Source: Desulfobacula sp. (GTDB lineage: Bacteria > Desulfobacterota > Desulfobacteria > Desulfobacterales > Desulfobacteraceae). From it: a stretch of 64,000 nucleotides of DNA. The notes under the pieces are model-generated. The model was not told the DNA's origin. It worked only from the letters and a program-made list of their open reading frames with translations, and ran no database searches. Position numbers and translations under genes: made by a program. Positions 1 through 10,476 of the stretch are shown here, piece by piece (position 1 is the stretch's first letter; each line of letters starts with the position of its first letter). Where the stretch lies: positions 42,286 through 106,285 of the forward strand of contig JAMPXP010000018.1 of the NCBI GenBank assembly GCA_023701135.1, given 5' to 3'.

Positions 1-1
1 T

Positions 2-787
2 TTTCTCAACCGCAAAATCTATGATGCCAACCCGGTGCTGAGCGACATGTTCATCACCGCCATCTACGTCGTCATCCTCGGCTTCCTCGCCTTTTATGCC
101 ATGAACGACTATCTCAAATCACGCTCCAAGAAAATAGTGATCGAGGAAGGCGCCAAGAAAATTGCCGAAGAGATCCCGCCCATGGGTAAACGCATCCAGT
201 CGGTCAACATTCCGCCCATGCTCACCTTTGACGCGAACATCACCCCGGGGGGCCGCAGGATTTCCGCCATCTTCCTTATCATCAGCGGTTTCATCGTCGG
301 TATGGCCGCCGCCATCATGGGCGTCGGCGGCGGTTTCCTCACCTTCCCGATGTTTGTCTACGGCCTGGGCGTTTCTTCCATGACCACCGTCGGCACCGAC
401 ATCTTCCAGATCGTGTTCACCGCCGGTTATGCCGCCATCAGCCAGTATGCAATCTACGGTTTTATCTTCTACACCCTGGCCATGGGCATGCTGCTGGGCT
501 CCCTGATCGGCATCCAGGTCGGCTCCATCGTCACCAAGGTCGTTCCCGGCACCACCATCCGCGGTTTCTACGCCGTCACCGTGACCGCCGGTTTTCTCAA
601 CCGGGTCTGCGCCCTGCCGGAAAAAATGATGAAAATGGGCTATGTCGAACTGTCCAAGGGTTTTATCACAACCGTCGACATTATCGGCATCGCCGGCTTC
701 TTCATCATCATCACCGCCTTTGCGGCATGGGTTTTCTGGTGCTTTTTCACTAATCTTAAGGTCCTGAAATCAGGGGAGGTGCATTGA
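2..787 (+). CDS. TauE/SafE sulfite-exporter family membrane protein (5' partial; frame is open from the window edge)
   Basis: Frame is open from position 2 (FLNRKIYDANPVLSDMF...). Motif GMAAAIMGVGGGFLTFP...VGTDIFQ and many TM segments. Confidence 0.85.
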   Translation, partial: FLNRKIYDANPVLSDMFITAIYVVILGFLAFYAMNDYLKSRSKKIVIEEGAKKIAEEIPPMGKRIQSVNIPPMLTFDANITPGGRRISAIFLIISGFIVGMAAAIMGVGGGFLTFPMFVYGLGVSSMTTVGTDIFQIVFTAGYAAISQYAIYGFIFYTLAMGMLLGSLIGIQVGSIVTKVVPGTTIRGFYAVTVTAGFLNRVCALPEKMMKMGYVELSKGFITTVDIIGIAGFFIIITAFAAWVFWCFFTNLKVLKSGEVH

Positions 788-789
788 TC

Positions 790-1491
790 ATGGCAAGTTC
801 AGCTCAACTCAAAACCAAAGGATACCTTCTGCTGGCATCCTTTTTCGTGGTCCTGGCGGCCATCTTCATGCCGCTGTTCCCGGGTGCCCAAGGCCAGAAG
901 ATCAATGGCCTCGTCTATCTTGACAATTTTTTCAACCAGTTGTCCAAAAGCTCGGCCTATTACATCCCTGAACAGATAAAGAAAGCGGAAAAATACAATG
1001 GCCAGCAGTTCACCACCTCCTTGAAGATGAAATCGCCCGAGGAGGCCGCATTAACCGCCAAGCTGTTCGCCATGAACCAGATCACCGCCGCAGCCCAGGG
1101 CGACAAGGTACAGGTCAGCGGTGATTACGGCGCCATGATCACCATCATGCTCAAAGATGCCGACCTGATGTTTAAAAATGACGGCCAGGCTCTGAAAGCC
1201 AAATACGGCGTTGATGAGCGGCAGACCGTCTATTCCTGGTATCAGGCTCTGGTGGCCATGGAAAAAGACATGACCAAGGCGGGACAGTTTGAGCAGGCCA
1301 AATTTGTTAAAAACTGCATGTCCAAAGCAGTTGAGCCGGCCTACAACTATTACGAGGTTGAGGCAAAACCGGTGAAGGAGGAGATCTTCCTGTTGGTTGC
1401 CTCCCTCGTTTTCTATGTCATCTACACCATGTGGTACGGTTATGGCCTGTTGTTCCTGTTCGAAGGCATGGGCATCAAACTGGAACACTGA
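790..1491 (+). CDS. Conserved hypothetical membrane protein coupled to the TauE gene
   Basis: ORF abuts the TauE stop; GGAGG RBS before ATG 790; N- and C-terminal TM helices around a soluble domain. Confidence 0.75.
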   Translation: MASSAQLKTKGYLLLASFFVVLAAIFMPLFPGAQGQKINGLVYLDNFFNQLSKSSAYYIPEQIKKAEKYNGQQFTTSLKMKSPEEAALTAKLFAMNQITAAAQGDKVQVSGDYGAMITIMLKDADLMFKNDGQALKAKYGVDERQTVYSWYQALVAMEKDMTKAGQFEQAKFVKNCMSKAVEPAYNYYEVEAKPVKEEIFLLVASLVFYVIYTMWYGYGLLFLFEGMGIKLEH

Positions 1492-1536
1492 TGATCAGCC
1501 CTTGATTTTCTCAGACCCATTGAGAAAAGCTTAAAT

Positions 1537-1573
1537 TTTAGCGTCGCCGGGAGGCATTTCCGGCGGCGCTAAA
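1537..1573. repeat. GC-rich inverted repeat directly before the RBS of the PEP-synthase-like gene
   Basis: TTTAGCGTCGCCGG-gaggcattt-CCGGCGGCGCTAAA; 14-bp stem with one G-U pair; no U-tract on the + strand. Confidence 0.6.
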
Positions 1574-1583
1574 CCAGGAGACG

Positions 1584-4199
1584 ATGAAAAAACTGATCGA
1601 GTTTCTAAAAGATTTTTTTCAAAAAAAACCCCCTGCCGATTCTATAGATGCCGAAACCCTCAGAGCCGCATTTAAAGAACGGTATCATCATTTCAAAATG
1701 CTGTTGAACGCCAACAACAGCGCCCTTGAGACCATGACGGAAATTGAACAGGCCCTTCAGAACCGACGGCCCTTTGGCATGTCGTTTATCAAAAGCAATT
1801 GCATTTCCGTCACCGTGAGCCTGCTTCGCCTCTTGAAAAATCTGGAACAGCTCAGCGATGGAAAATATAACAAGCTTTATGCCCCATTTGATGAAATATG
1901 CAACACCATCCGGGGGTTGATCGAACAAAAAAAAGAAGCCCAGGATGAGCGCCTCATTATCCCCCTTACCGCCATCGACCGGACCCGGGCCGACCTGGTG
2001 GGAAGCAAAATGGCCAACCTGGGAGAGATATTAAATCTTGTCAAACTCAAAGTCCCGGCCGGTTTTTCCATTACGGCCCGGGCCTATGAATATTTCATGT
2101 CCTATAACGATCTTCAGACTGAAATCGACCGACGCTTTGTTTCCACCGATATCACGGATATGGAAGCACTCTATGCCTTAAGCCTGGATATTCAGGCCCT
2201 CATCACGGAGGCCCCCCTCCCGGAAGACCTTGAAAATGAAATTCACCGGGCCTATTCCGATCTTGAGCAGGAGATGGGAGGATCTCTCTCCGTTGCCCTC
2301 CGAAGCAGTGCCATGGGGGAAGATTCTGCTGCCAATTCTTTTGCCGGACAATACCGCTCCGAACTGAACGTCCGCCAAAAAGACCTGATCGCGACCTATA
2401 AGGATATCGTGGCCAGTAAATACGGATTCACTGCCATCACCTATCGTCTTAATAAGGGGATCAGGGATGAGGATATTTTCATGAGCGTGGGGTGCATTGC
2501 CATGGTGGATGCCCGGTCCGGCGGGGTCATGTATACCCGGAATCCCCTGGACTCCGGCGACAGTTCAGTGTTCATCAATTCGGCCTGGGGGCTGCCCAAG
2601 GCGGTTGTGGACGGCAGCGTGGACTGTGACCTGTTTGTGGTGGGTCGGCATCAGCCCATGCAGGTGTCCTACAGGGATATTAAAGAAAAAAAATCCCAGT
2701 TTCTCTGCTATGCCGAAGACGGAGTCTGCCAGCTTGAACTCACCGAAGAGGACAGAAAGGAGCCTTCCGTCAATGATGAGGAGGCCGTGGCCTTGGCAAC
2801 GCTGGCGGTCCGCATCGAGCAGTATTACGGGTCTCCCCAGGATGTGGAATGGGCCATAGACCGGAACGGCACTCTTTTTATCCTTCAATGCCGTCCTTTG
2901 CAGCAGACCGAGGCCCTGAAAATGAATTATCCGGAAGAGCTGATCCAAAAGACCCGTGAAAATGTTCTGGCTTCCGGCGGAACCAATATCTTTCCTGGGG
3001 TTGCCGGTGGCGAGGTCTTCATCATCAACAGCCCTGACGAAATGGTGAATTTCCCCAAAAACGGGATCCTGGTGGCCCGGCAGGCCCTGCCGGTATGGGC
3101 CTCACTCTTAAACAAGGCCTCGGCCGTCCTGACGGAACACGGCACCTTTGCCGGCCATCTGGCCAATGTGGCCAGGGAATTCAAGGTTCCTGCCATTTTC
3201 GGGCTGAAAGACATCGCCGATATATTACACACCGGGGACCTGATCACCGTGGACAGCAGCCTTTTAAGCGTCTATAAAGGGAAAATCGATATCCCGATTC
3301 AAGACCGGGAAACGGAAAAAGACATCATTGAAGGAAGTCCGGTCTACAATATGCTGCTGGAAGTCAGCAAATTCATTATCCCCCTGTACCTTTTAGACCC
3401 CTATTCTCCGGATTTCAAACCGGAAAACTGCAAGACCCTCCATGATATCACCCGGTTTGCCCATGAAAAATCCGTCCATGAAATGTTTAATTTCGGCAAG
3501 GAACATAATTTTTCCGAACGCTCCAGCAAACAGCTCTTTTATAAGGTCCCCATGCAATGGTGGATTTTAAACCTGGATGACGGCCTCAAAGAAGAGAGTC
3601 GGGAAAAATATATCCGGCTTGAAAATATAGCCTCCATTCCCATGATGGCCCTCTGGGAGGGGATCATCGCCGTGCCCTGGGACGGCCCGCCTGCCATTGA
3701 CGGCAAAGGAATGGCCGCTGTCATGTTCCAGTCCACGGCCAACCGGTCCCTTGAACCGGCCATGAAATCTGCCTATACCGAGCGCAATTATTTCATGATT
3801 TCCAAAAATTTCTGTAGCTTCACCTCCCGGTTGGGCTACCATTTTTCCATTGTTGAAGCCCTGGTCAGTAACAGAACGGCTGAAAATTATATCAGTTTCA
3901 GATTCAAGGGAGGGGCCGCGGACAGCCAGCGCCGGATCAGGCGGATCAAATTCATTGCCGATATCCTCACCGGGTATTCCTTCAGGGTTGAACTGCGGGA
4001 GGACAATCTGGTGGCCCGCGTGGAAGGGTATGAGATGGATTATATGCTTGAACGGCTCAATATCCTGGGGTATCTGATCATGCATACCCGGCAACTGGAC
4101 ATGATCATGTCCAACGAATCCGTCATCCGCTATTACCGGGCAAAAATCGATAAGGATATCCAAACCGTGGTTCTCGCAAAAAAAGCATCTGCTTCATAG
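1584..4199 (+). CDS. PEP-synthase/PPDK-like protein (ATP-grasp domain + His swivel domain + unknown C-terminal domain), copy 1
   Basis: VGSKMANLGE, RSSAMGED, SFAGQY, PQDVEWA, LQCRPL, and phospho-His motif GHLANVAREF. No PEP-utilizer C-terminal barrel motifs. Confidence 0.85.
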   Translation: MKKLIEFLKDFFQKKPPADSIDAETLRAAFKERYHHFKMLLNANNSALETMTEIEQALQNRRPFGMSFIKSNCISVTVSLLRLLKNLEQLSDGKYNKLYAPFDEICNTIRGLIEQKKEAQDERLIIPLTAIDRTRADLVGSKMANLGEILNLVKLKVPAGFSITARAYEYFMSYNDLQTEIDRRFVSTDITDMEALYALSLDIQALITEAPLPEDLENEIHRAYSDLEQEMGGSLSVALRSSAMGEDSAANSFAGQYRSELNVRQKDLIATYKDIVASKYGFTAITYRLNKGIRDEDIFMSVGCIAMVDARSGGVMYTRNPLDSGDSSVFINSAWGLPKAVVDGSVDCDLFVVGRHQPMQVSYRDIKEKKSQFLCYAEDGVCQLELTEEDRKEPSVNDEEAVALATLAVRIEQYYGSPQDVEWAIDRNGTLFILQCRPLQQTEALKMNYPEELIQKTRENVLASGGTNIFPGVAGGEVFIINSPDEMVNFPKNGILVARQALPVWASLLNKASAVLTEHGTFAGHLANVAREFKVPAIFGLKDIADILHTGDLITVDSSLLSVYKGKIDIPIQDRETEKDIIEGSPVYNMLLEVSKFIIPLYLLDPYSPDFKPENCKTLHDITRFAHEKSVHEMFNFGKEHNFSERSSKQLFYKVPMQWWILNLDDGLKEESREKYIRLENIASIPMMALWEGIIAVPWDGPPAIDGKGMAAVMFQSTANRSLEPAMKSAYTERNYFMISKNFCSFTSRLGYHFSIVEALVSNRTAENYISFRFKGGAADSQRRIRRIKFIADILTGYSFRVELREDNLVARVEGYEMDYMLERLNILGYLIMHTRQLDMIMSNESVIRYYRAKIDKDIQTVVLAKKASAS

Positions 4200-4206
4200 G
4201 CAGAGA

Positions 4207-6906
4207 TCAGGATTTTGATTCCTCAGCATCAATCAAGTCTTTATGCTCAATAATCAATTCATATTCTGAACTTTCCGGAACCCGGTTGATACGAAAACCG
4301 AGTTTTTTCCCCAGTTTCAGCATCTGGGTATTTTCAGCCAGAACGACGCCGTTAACGCGTTCAAGGCCTTTATCCCACGCTGCTTTCAAACATTGCCCCA
4401 ATAAGGCTGCCCCGATGCCTTTGCCCTGCCATCCATCGGTGATGGCCATGGCAAATTCACCCTGTTTTCCATCAAGATAATCAATGATCCGGCAAACCCC
4501 CACCATTTTTCTGTCCTTGTCCGTTCCCATGAGGGCCACCAGGGCAATCTCCCGGTCATAATCAATCTGGGTCAATTTGATCAGCATTTCCTTTGAAAGC
4601 TTTTTCATGGGGGAAAAAAATCTCATATACACACTTCTGGGGGACAGGGAATTAAAATGCTCGATCAAAAGGTCTGCATCACTGGGCCGGATGGGGCGGA
4701 TAAAGAAGTCCTGGCCGTCCACACTCTGCAATGTGGATTCATACTGCCAGGGGTAGGAGCTGATAATGAGGTGCCTGGGTCTTGGAACCGCTGAAGGGCC
4801 GATCAGAACCCTGGCGTCTACGGCCATCATCTCTCCGTTCTTCACCATGAGCGGGTTAATATCCAGGGCTTGAATTTCAGGAAAATCCGTGACCAGCCTT
4901 CCAACCCGGATCAAAAATTCCTCTACCATGGCCATACCGGCCGGGGGAAGATTTCTAAATCCCTTGAATACCCTTGATATTCGCGTCTTTTCAATCATCT
5001 GCCGGGCCAGGGGCCGGTTCAGGGGCGGCAGGCCCATGGCCGTGTCCTTATAGACCTCGGTCAGGATTCCTCCCATACCGAAAAGAAGAACAGGACCGAA
5101 ATGATCGTCTTTTTTGGCGCCGATGATGAGTTCATAATCCGCCTTGGGCTGCATTTTCTGAACCGACACCCCTCTTATCCGGGCATCCGGCGCAAACGCC
5201 CTGGCGCTTTTCATGATCCCGGCATAGGCGGCCATGACCTCTGCCGATGTTTTCAAATCCAGAACCACTCCATTACAGTCGGATTTGTGCAGGATATCTT
5301 TGGAACAGATTTTCAGAACCACCGGAAATCCGATCTGCTCGGATATTTCCGCAGCCATTTGCTCTGAATCGGCCATTTTTGTCACATTGGCAGGAATTCC
5401 ATAGGATTTCAAAAGTTCCTTGGCCCCGATTTCCGTAAGACTGGTTTCTCCCGCAGCAACTGCCTCATGAATGATCTGCCTAGCCTTCTGGCGGTTGATC
5501 ACCAGTTTGGTATCGGTCCTGACCGGAATCTCCTGGAGCATTTCAATATGTTTGCCGTATTGATAAAGATTTTTAAAGGCCCGGACCGCTCTTTCGGCGG
5601 AATCATAGGTTACAATACCGGCTTCATTAAAAACTTTTCTTGAGCTTTCAACATTGATTCCGCCGATCCAGGCGGTAAAAACAGGACAGGGAAAGGTTTT
5701 TATCTCCTCTGAAAGGGCCTTTGCCAGGCCCAGGATATCCATGGTACCGACGGGTGAGCAGATCAGGAGCAAGGCATCGGTTTCCGGTGCATTGGCGCAG
5801 ATCCGGGCGGTTTTAAGGTAAATTTCCCTTCCTGAATCCCCAAGGATGTCGATGGGATTTCCCCGGCTCCAGTTGGCCGGCAGAATCCGGTCCAGTTGAC
5901 CCAGGGTTTCCGCTCCAAGCTGGGCCGGTTCAATGCCGTGGGCGGAGAGAGCGTCCGCCGCCATGACACCGGGCCCTCCGGCATTGGTAATGATGGCAAG
6001 GCCTGAACCACCTGGCCGCCGCTGCTTTGCAAGGAATTCGGTACAGTCGAACAGTTCTTCAAATTCATTGACCCTCAGTATCCCGGCACGCTGAAATGCC
6101 GCATCATACAAGGCATCTTCCCCGGCCATGGCCCCGGTATGGGAGGCGGCTGCCATGGCTCCGGCCTTGGACCGGCCGGCCTTCAGGACAATAATGGGTT
6201 TCACCCGGGAAACGGCCCTGGCCGCACTCATGAAATTCCGGATATGGGTGATGTTTTCCATATACATGACAATGCTGCCCACGGAATTTAAGGAGCCGAA
6301 ATAATCGATCATATCGGCAAAATCCACATCCAGCATGGAGCCGAGGCTGACAAAATGACTAAATCCCACATGGTTTCGATGGGAAATATCCAGCACCGAG
6401 GTGCACACGGCCCCGCTCTGGGATAAAAAGGCAATCTTTCCGGGTAAGGGAGAAAGGTGGGCAAAGCTGGCGTTTAAAGATATGCCTGTATTGACAAACC
6501 CAAGGCAATTGGGACCGATGATCCTCAGGTTATTTTTTTTAGCCGTCTGAAGGATCGTCTCTTCCATCTGCCTGCCCTTGAGTCCGACTTCCTTACCGCC
6601 GGATGATATGATGACAACACCGGCAAGGCCTGCATTGCCGCAGGACTCCATGATTTCAGGCACCGTCCGGATGGGGGTGGCAATCACGGCCATATCAATG
6701 GCTGAATCTGCGTCCTCAATGCGGGCAAAGGATTTTTGGCCCATAATTTGGCTGTGTCCCGGATTTACCGGGATGATATTTCCTTTGAATCCTTGGCCCA
6801 GAAGATTTTTCATGATCAAAAATCCGACAGATCCTTCTTTTTCGCTTGCTCCGACAACAGCAACGGTTTTCGGATTAAAAAGCCTGTGCAAATTGACTGT
6901 AGTCAT
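4207..6906 (-). CDS. NDP-forming acyl-CoA ligase family protein fused to a C-terminal GNAT (Pat/YfiQ-type protein acetyltransferase)
   Basis: VAVVGAS, IIGPNCLG, SQSGA, ASHTG, NPIDILGD, ATP-grasp LDINPL, then GNAT with GWQGKGIG. Confidence 0.9.
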   Translation of the reverse strand: MTTVNLHRLFNPKTVAVVGASEKEGSVGFLIMKNLLGQGFKGNIIPVNPGHSQIMGQKSFARIEDADSAIDMAVIATPIRTVPEIMESCGNAGLAGVVIISSGGKEVGLKGRQMEETILQTAKKNNLRIIGPNCLGFVNTGISLNASFAHLSPLPGKIAFLSQSGAVCTSVLDISHRNHVGFSHFVSLGSMLDVDFADMIDYFGSLNSVGSIVMYMENITHIRNFMSAARAVSRVKPIIVLKAGRSKAGAMAAASHTGAMAGEDALYDAAFQRAGILRVNEFEELFDCTEFLAKQRRPGGSGLAIITNAGGPGVMAADALSAHGIEPAQLGAETLGQLDRILPANWSRGNPIDILGDSGREIYLKTARICANAPETDALLLICSPVGTMDILGLAKALSEEIKTFPCPVFTAWIGGINVESSRKVFNEAGIVTYDSAERAVRAFKNLYQYGKHIEMLQEIPVRTDTKLVINRQKARQIIHEAVAAGETSLTEIGAKELLKSYGIPANVTKMADSEQMAAEISEQIGFPVVLKICSKDILHKSDCNGVVLDLKTSAEVMAAYAGIMKSARAFAPDARIRGVSVQKMQPKADYELIIGAKKDDHFGPVLLFGMGGILTEVYKDTAMGLPPLNRPLARQMIEKTRISRVFKGFRNLPPAGMAMVEEFLIRVGRLVTDFPEIQALDINPLMVKNGEMMAVDARVLIGPSAVPRPRHLIISSYPWQYESTLQSVDGQDFFIRPIRPSDADLLIEHFNSLSPRSVYMRFFSPMKKLSKEMLIKLTQIDYDREIALVALMGTDKDRKMVGVCRIIDYLDGKQGEFAMAITDGWQGKGIGAALLGQCLKAAWDKGLERVNGVVLAENTQMLKLGKKLGFRINRVPESSEYELIIEHKDLIDAEESKS

Positions 6907-6977
6907 CGTTACCCCTCATCCCTTCATAAGTTCACAAGAATACCCATCCCGATTTAAAAATCGAATATCGTGCCAGG

Positions 6978-7916
6978 CTAGGGCACTATCCATACCGTCA
7001 TCTCTCTTGCCCCCTGAATGGCCTTCCAGGGAATGGACCCGATATCAAAATTGTCAACATCCGACTTTCCCTTCCGGCCAAAGACCAGGGTATCGCAATT
7101 TTCTTCCATGGCTGCGGAAATAATGGCTTCCGACCGGCTATCGGCGCCCTGGATGAGTTTAACGGTAATTCTTTTTTTCTGGATCCCGGCTTTTTCAAGC
7201 TCGCCTTCAGCACTTTGAATCGCAGCATCAAGCTCTTCAAATACCGCTTTAACAAAACCGGGCGGTTTTTTCTTCCCGGCTTTTACATCATAGAGGTTAA
7301 AATCCCTCAGCACACTGCACAGCACAACCCTGCAATCCGAATTTTGAATCATATTGGCCGTAAATGTAACGGCTCTTTTGGAACATTCCGAACCGTCAAG
7401 GGCCAGAAGCAGAGAATGATTCACCTTCTGGATGCCGGCCAGCATGATGGGAATATAACCGGCTTTTTCAACGAGCTTGGTTGAAACGCTCCCCATGATA
7501 AAGGGCAACAGGGTCCTTGACCCGCCGCGTCTTCGGATAAGAAGGGCATCATACCCTTTTTGGGCTTCGTCCATAATATCCCTTGCAATCCCGCTTTTCC
7601 TTTCGGCGATGACAATGCTGATGGCTTCGGGGTTAAATCCCGCTGCTATCAACTGCATTCTTGCTTTTTCCATGAACTCTTCCATCTGGGCTTTGTATGC
7701 GTTTTCCCAGGCATAAACGGCAGAGGTTGCTCCTGCGCTGAAGGTTTCTTTTTGCAGATCGTAATAACATACGGGAACCTTTGTAATAATATTGTGTAAT
7801 ACCAGTTTCTTTTTTAAAAACGGCTTAAAGCTGCAAAGGTACTGGACGGTTCGAAAGGCCCTTTCAGAACCGTCAAGGGCCACGAGTATTTTATTGCTAT
7901 TGTCGGCCATTATCAT
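6978..7916 (-). CDS. Universal stress protein, tandem USP domains
   Basis: ILVALDGSE and LLLALDGSE starts; MGSVSTKLV and IGSIPWKAI ends. Confidence 0.9.
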   Translation of the reverse strand: MIMADNSNKILVALDGSERAFRTVQYLCSFKPFLKKKLVLHNIITKVPVCYYDLQKETFSAGATSAVYAWENAYKAQMEEFMEKARMQLIAAGFNPEAISIVIAERKSGIARDIMDEAQKGYDALLIRRRGGSRTLLPFIMGSVSTKLVEKAGYIPIMLAGIQKVNHSLLLALDGSECSKRAVTFTANMIQNSDCRVVLCSVLRDFNLYDVKAGKKKPPGFVKAVFEELDAAIQSAEGELEKAGIQKKRITVKLIQGADSRSEAIISAAMEENCDTLVFGRKGKSDVDNFDIGSIPWKAIQGAREMTVWIVP

Positions 7917-7953
7917 TTCTCCTTTTGTAAACGGTTATATTCTATGATGAGGT

Positions 7954-8433
7954 TCAGAGTTTGGAGCGCAAACTCATTACCGGGATCGGGGAATGCCGGA
8001 AGAGTTTTTCCGCCACACTTCCGAACAAAAATCCCTCAAGATTGGATCTTCCCTTGGGTCCGAAAATCAAAAAATCAATATCTTCCATATCAATGGCTGC
8101 CAGAATTTCCACATAGGGGACCCCGTGACCAATCCGTATCCTTACTTTTTTTTCATCCAGGCTACCGGCATTTTTGACCATGGCCCTGAGTTTTAATTCA
8201 CGGCGTCCTGATTCTTCTGCCAGATGCTTTGACAGAATAAAACTGTCCGGCCGGGCCTTGTTCACTGCATGTTCAACCTGATCAATGGATTTTTGATTGA
8301 TAATATGGATGACACAAATATCGGCATTTGTGAGCCTTGATATTTTTCCCGCATATTCCAGCACCTGCCTTGAATAAAGGGAGAAATCCACGGCAGCCAT
8401 CACATTTCTGATTTTTTCGGTGCTTTCTTTCAT
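7954..8433 (-). CDS. Universal stress protein
   Basis: VMAAVDFS ... GPKGRSNLEGFLFGSVAEKLFRHSPIPV. Confidence 0.92.
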   Translation of the reverse strand: MKESTEKIRNVMAAVDFSLYSRQVLEYAGKISRLTNADICVIHIINQKSIDQVEHAVNKARPDSFILSKHLAEESGRRELKLRAMVKNAGSLDEKKVRIRIGHGVPYVEILAAIDMEDIDFLIFGPKGRSNLEGFLFGSVAEKLFRHSPIPVMSLRSKL

Positions 8434-8434
8434 T

Positions 8435-8932
8435 TTATTTCTCCCTTTTAAACTTGGCCCTTTCCCTGACGCTGACCACCGGAACCGGTGAATGACGGAA
8501 TACTTTTTCCGCCGCGCTTCCGAACAGGACCCGTGAAATATTGCTCCGGCCTTTGTTGGCCATTACCACAAGGTCAATATGTTCAGTTTCTATGGCCTTG
8601 AGGATACATTCAAAGGGAATCCCCACATCAATTTTGATTTCCATCCTGGACTTTTGATCAAAAAACCCATCCTTTATCATTTGTTTTAATTTTTCAGATC
8701 TTTCGTTTTTCAAATCCCGGATATAATCATCCGTATTGATAACATTGGTAAATGAACCGGGATAATAGCTGAAAACCATTTCCGCACCGGCAATATCTCT
8801 CTGGTTAATGACGTTGAAGACCAGAATCTGTGTGTCGGTCCCCTGGGAAAGGGCTACGGCATATTCCAGAACCATGGGTGAGTATTGGCTGAAATCAACA
8901 CAGGCGAGGATTTTTCGAATATTCTGATTCAT
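8435..8932 (-). CDS. Universal stress protein
   Basis: KILACVDFS ... KGRSNISRVLFGSAAEKVFRHSPVPV. Confidence 0.92.
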   Translation of the reverse strand: MNQNIRKILACVDFSQYSPMVLEYAVALSQGTDTQILVFNVINQRDIAGAEMVFSYYPGSFTNVINTDDYIRDLKNERSEKLKQMIKDGFFDQKSRMEIKIDVGIPFECILKAIETEHIDLVVMANKGRSNISRVLFGSAAEKVFRHSPVPVVSVRERAKFKREK

Positions 8933-9062
8933 GTCTTATCTCCTTTATGGGTTTGTCTCCGATGAGACGTTCAAAGAATTGACCCTATCGGTCATTGTTT
9001 TTTCGTTTCCTGCATCCATAATAATTTCGCAGGCAAGGGTACGATCCTGGGCCTTTGCATTT

Positions 9063-9533
9063 TCATTGTTTTGGAAGCCTCAAACTTAAAACTGGAACCG
9101 GAGAATGCCGGAACACTTTCTCACAAACCCCGCCGGTCAAAAAATCAGGAAGATCGGATCTGCCTTTCTGACCAATGACCATGAAATCCGTTTCTCCTTC
9201 CTTAAGAAATTTCAGGATTTCAACGGAGGGAACCCCTTCGTTGATAATGGTTTGAAAATGAATATCATCGGCCTTGGCATTTTTGATGAGGGCTTCCATT
9301 TTTGATGCACAGCGTTTTTTTTCGCGGGCCACATAATCGGCATAGGGAAAATATTCCAAATGATCCATCTCAAACTGCCGTTTAACACAATCAATGGCTT
9401 TTCTATTGATGATATGGATGACGCTGATCCCGGACCCGGTCCGCCGGGCAAGATGAACGGCATAGTCCAGGATGGATTGTGAATATTCTGAAAAATCAAG
9501 GGCAACTGCCATGTTTTTTATCTTCCGGTTCAT
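9063..9533 (-). CDS. Universal stress protein
   Basis: MAVALDFS ... GQKGRSDLPDFLTGGVCEKVFRHSPVPV. Start moved to ATG 9533 behind an AAGGAG RBS. Confidence 0.9.
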   Translation of the reverse strand: MNRKIKNMAVALDFSEYSQSILDYAVHLARRTGSGISVIHIINRKAIDCVKRQFEMDHLEYFPYADYVAREKKRCASKMEALIKNAKADDIHFQTIINEGVPSVEILKFLKEGETDFMVIGQKGRSDLPDFLTGGVCEKVFRHSPVPVLSLRLPKQ

Positions 9534-9546
9534 TTTATAATCTCCT

Positions 9547-10230
9547 TTATCCATTCACCAATCGTCTTAATCCCCTTGACAGATCTGCTACATAATACAG
9601 ATCCCCTGCTTCATGAAGCTTTTCCACTACACCATCAAACCGTGACGGATCAATGTCAAAGGTATGGAAAAACACTTTTCTATAGCCTTCATTCATATCG
9701 TCATAGGAGGTCATGATGCTGCAAAGCCTGCCTCCGTTGCTCCGGATGATATCTGAAAGGACTTTGATGATGCCGGGTCTATCCTGGATGGTAAAGGCGA
9801 AAATCTGGCCTTTATTGGATACTCCGGTAAAAGAAACAAAGCATCTGAAAATATCGCTCTTGGTGATGATGCCCTCAATATATCCTTTCCCGGTCACCAC
9901 CGGCATGCCGGAGATCCCTTTTTTCAGCATGATGACGGCGGCTTCATCAACGGTATGGTCCCCCTGGATGGTGATGACGGGGCTGGACATGACTGTCTCG
10001 ACTTTTACGGAATCCAGCAATGCAGGGATTTCAAAACGGTCCAGAGATGTGGCCTCCGACGGCATGGCTTTTTTGATGTCCCCGTCGGTCAGAATGCCGG
10101 CCAGTTTTCCATCCTTTAGCACAGGCAGCATGGATATCAACCGGGTTTTAAATTTTTTGGCAGCCTCATTCAGTGATTCATCATGATCGATCAAAATCAC
10201 GGGTTTGCTCATCCATTCTTTAATCAACAT
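9547..10230 (-). CDS. acuB: CBS-pair + ACT domain protein (AcuB-like)
   Basis: Two CBS repeats (LPVLKDGKLAGILTDGDI; GIITKSDIF) followed by ACT-like IQDRPGIIKVLSDII. Confidence 0.8.
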   Translation of the reverse strand: MLIKEWMSKPVILIDHDESLNEAAKKFKTRLISMLPVLKDGKLAGILTDGDIKKAMPSEATSLDRFEIPALLDSVKVETVMSSPVITIQGDHTVDEAAVIMLKKGISGMPVVTGKGYIEGIITKSDIFRCFVSFTGVSNKGQIFAFTIQDRPGIIKVLSDIIRSNGGRLCSIMTSYDDMNEGYRKVFFHTFDIDPSRFDGVVEKLHEAGDLYYVADLSRGLRRLVNG

Positions 10231-10299
10231 GGTCTCCTCCCATATATCTGTATATTTATGATTTTTCCGTTCATATCAGCTTATCCACGACCTGTACTG

Positions 10300-10315
10300 A
10301 GCAATTGTTGTGCCA
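10300..10315 (-). promoter_or_regulatory. sigma54 (-24/-12) promoter upstream of the acuB-like/USP genes
   Basis: Minus-strand TGGCAC-AACAA-TTGCT, an exact consensus match, 70 nt before the start codon. Confidence 0.85.
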
Positions 10316-10476
10316 GTTTCATAAAATTATCCAAAACCCTTGAAATTCAGTCTGGTTGAACCGATGGCAATTGAATATCAGTCCTGTTTCATGAAAATGG
10401 GTCAAAGAGAATCTATCAACCTGAAAAAAAACCTGACAGGAGACCGGGAGGATGGGTTCGTTATAAAGAAGGCGTG

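Noticed and set aside
8933-9064. 24-codon ORF and loose structure in the gap between USP genes
   Set aside because: No RBS, no recognisable motif, and no convincing stem.
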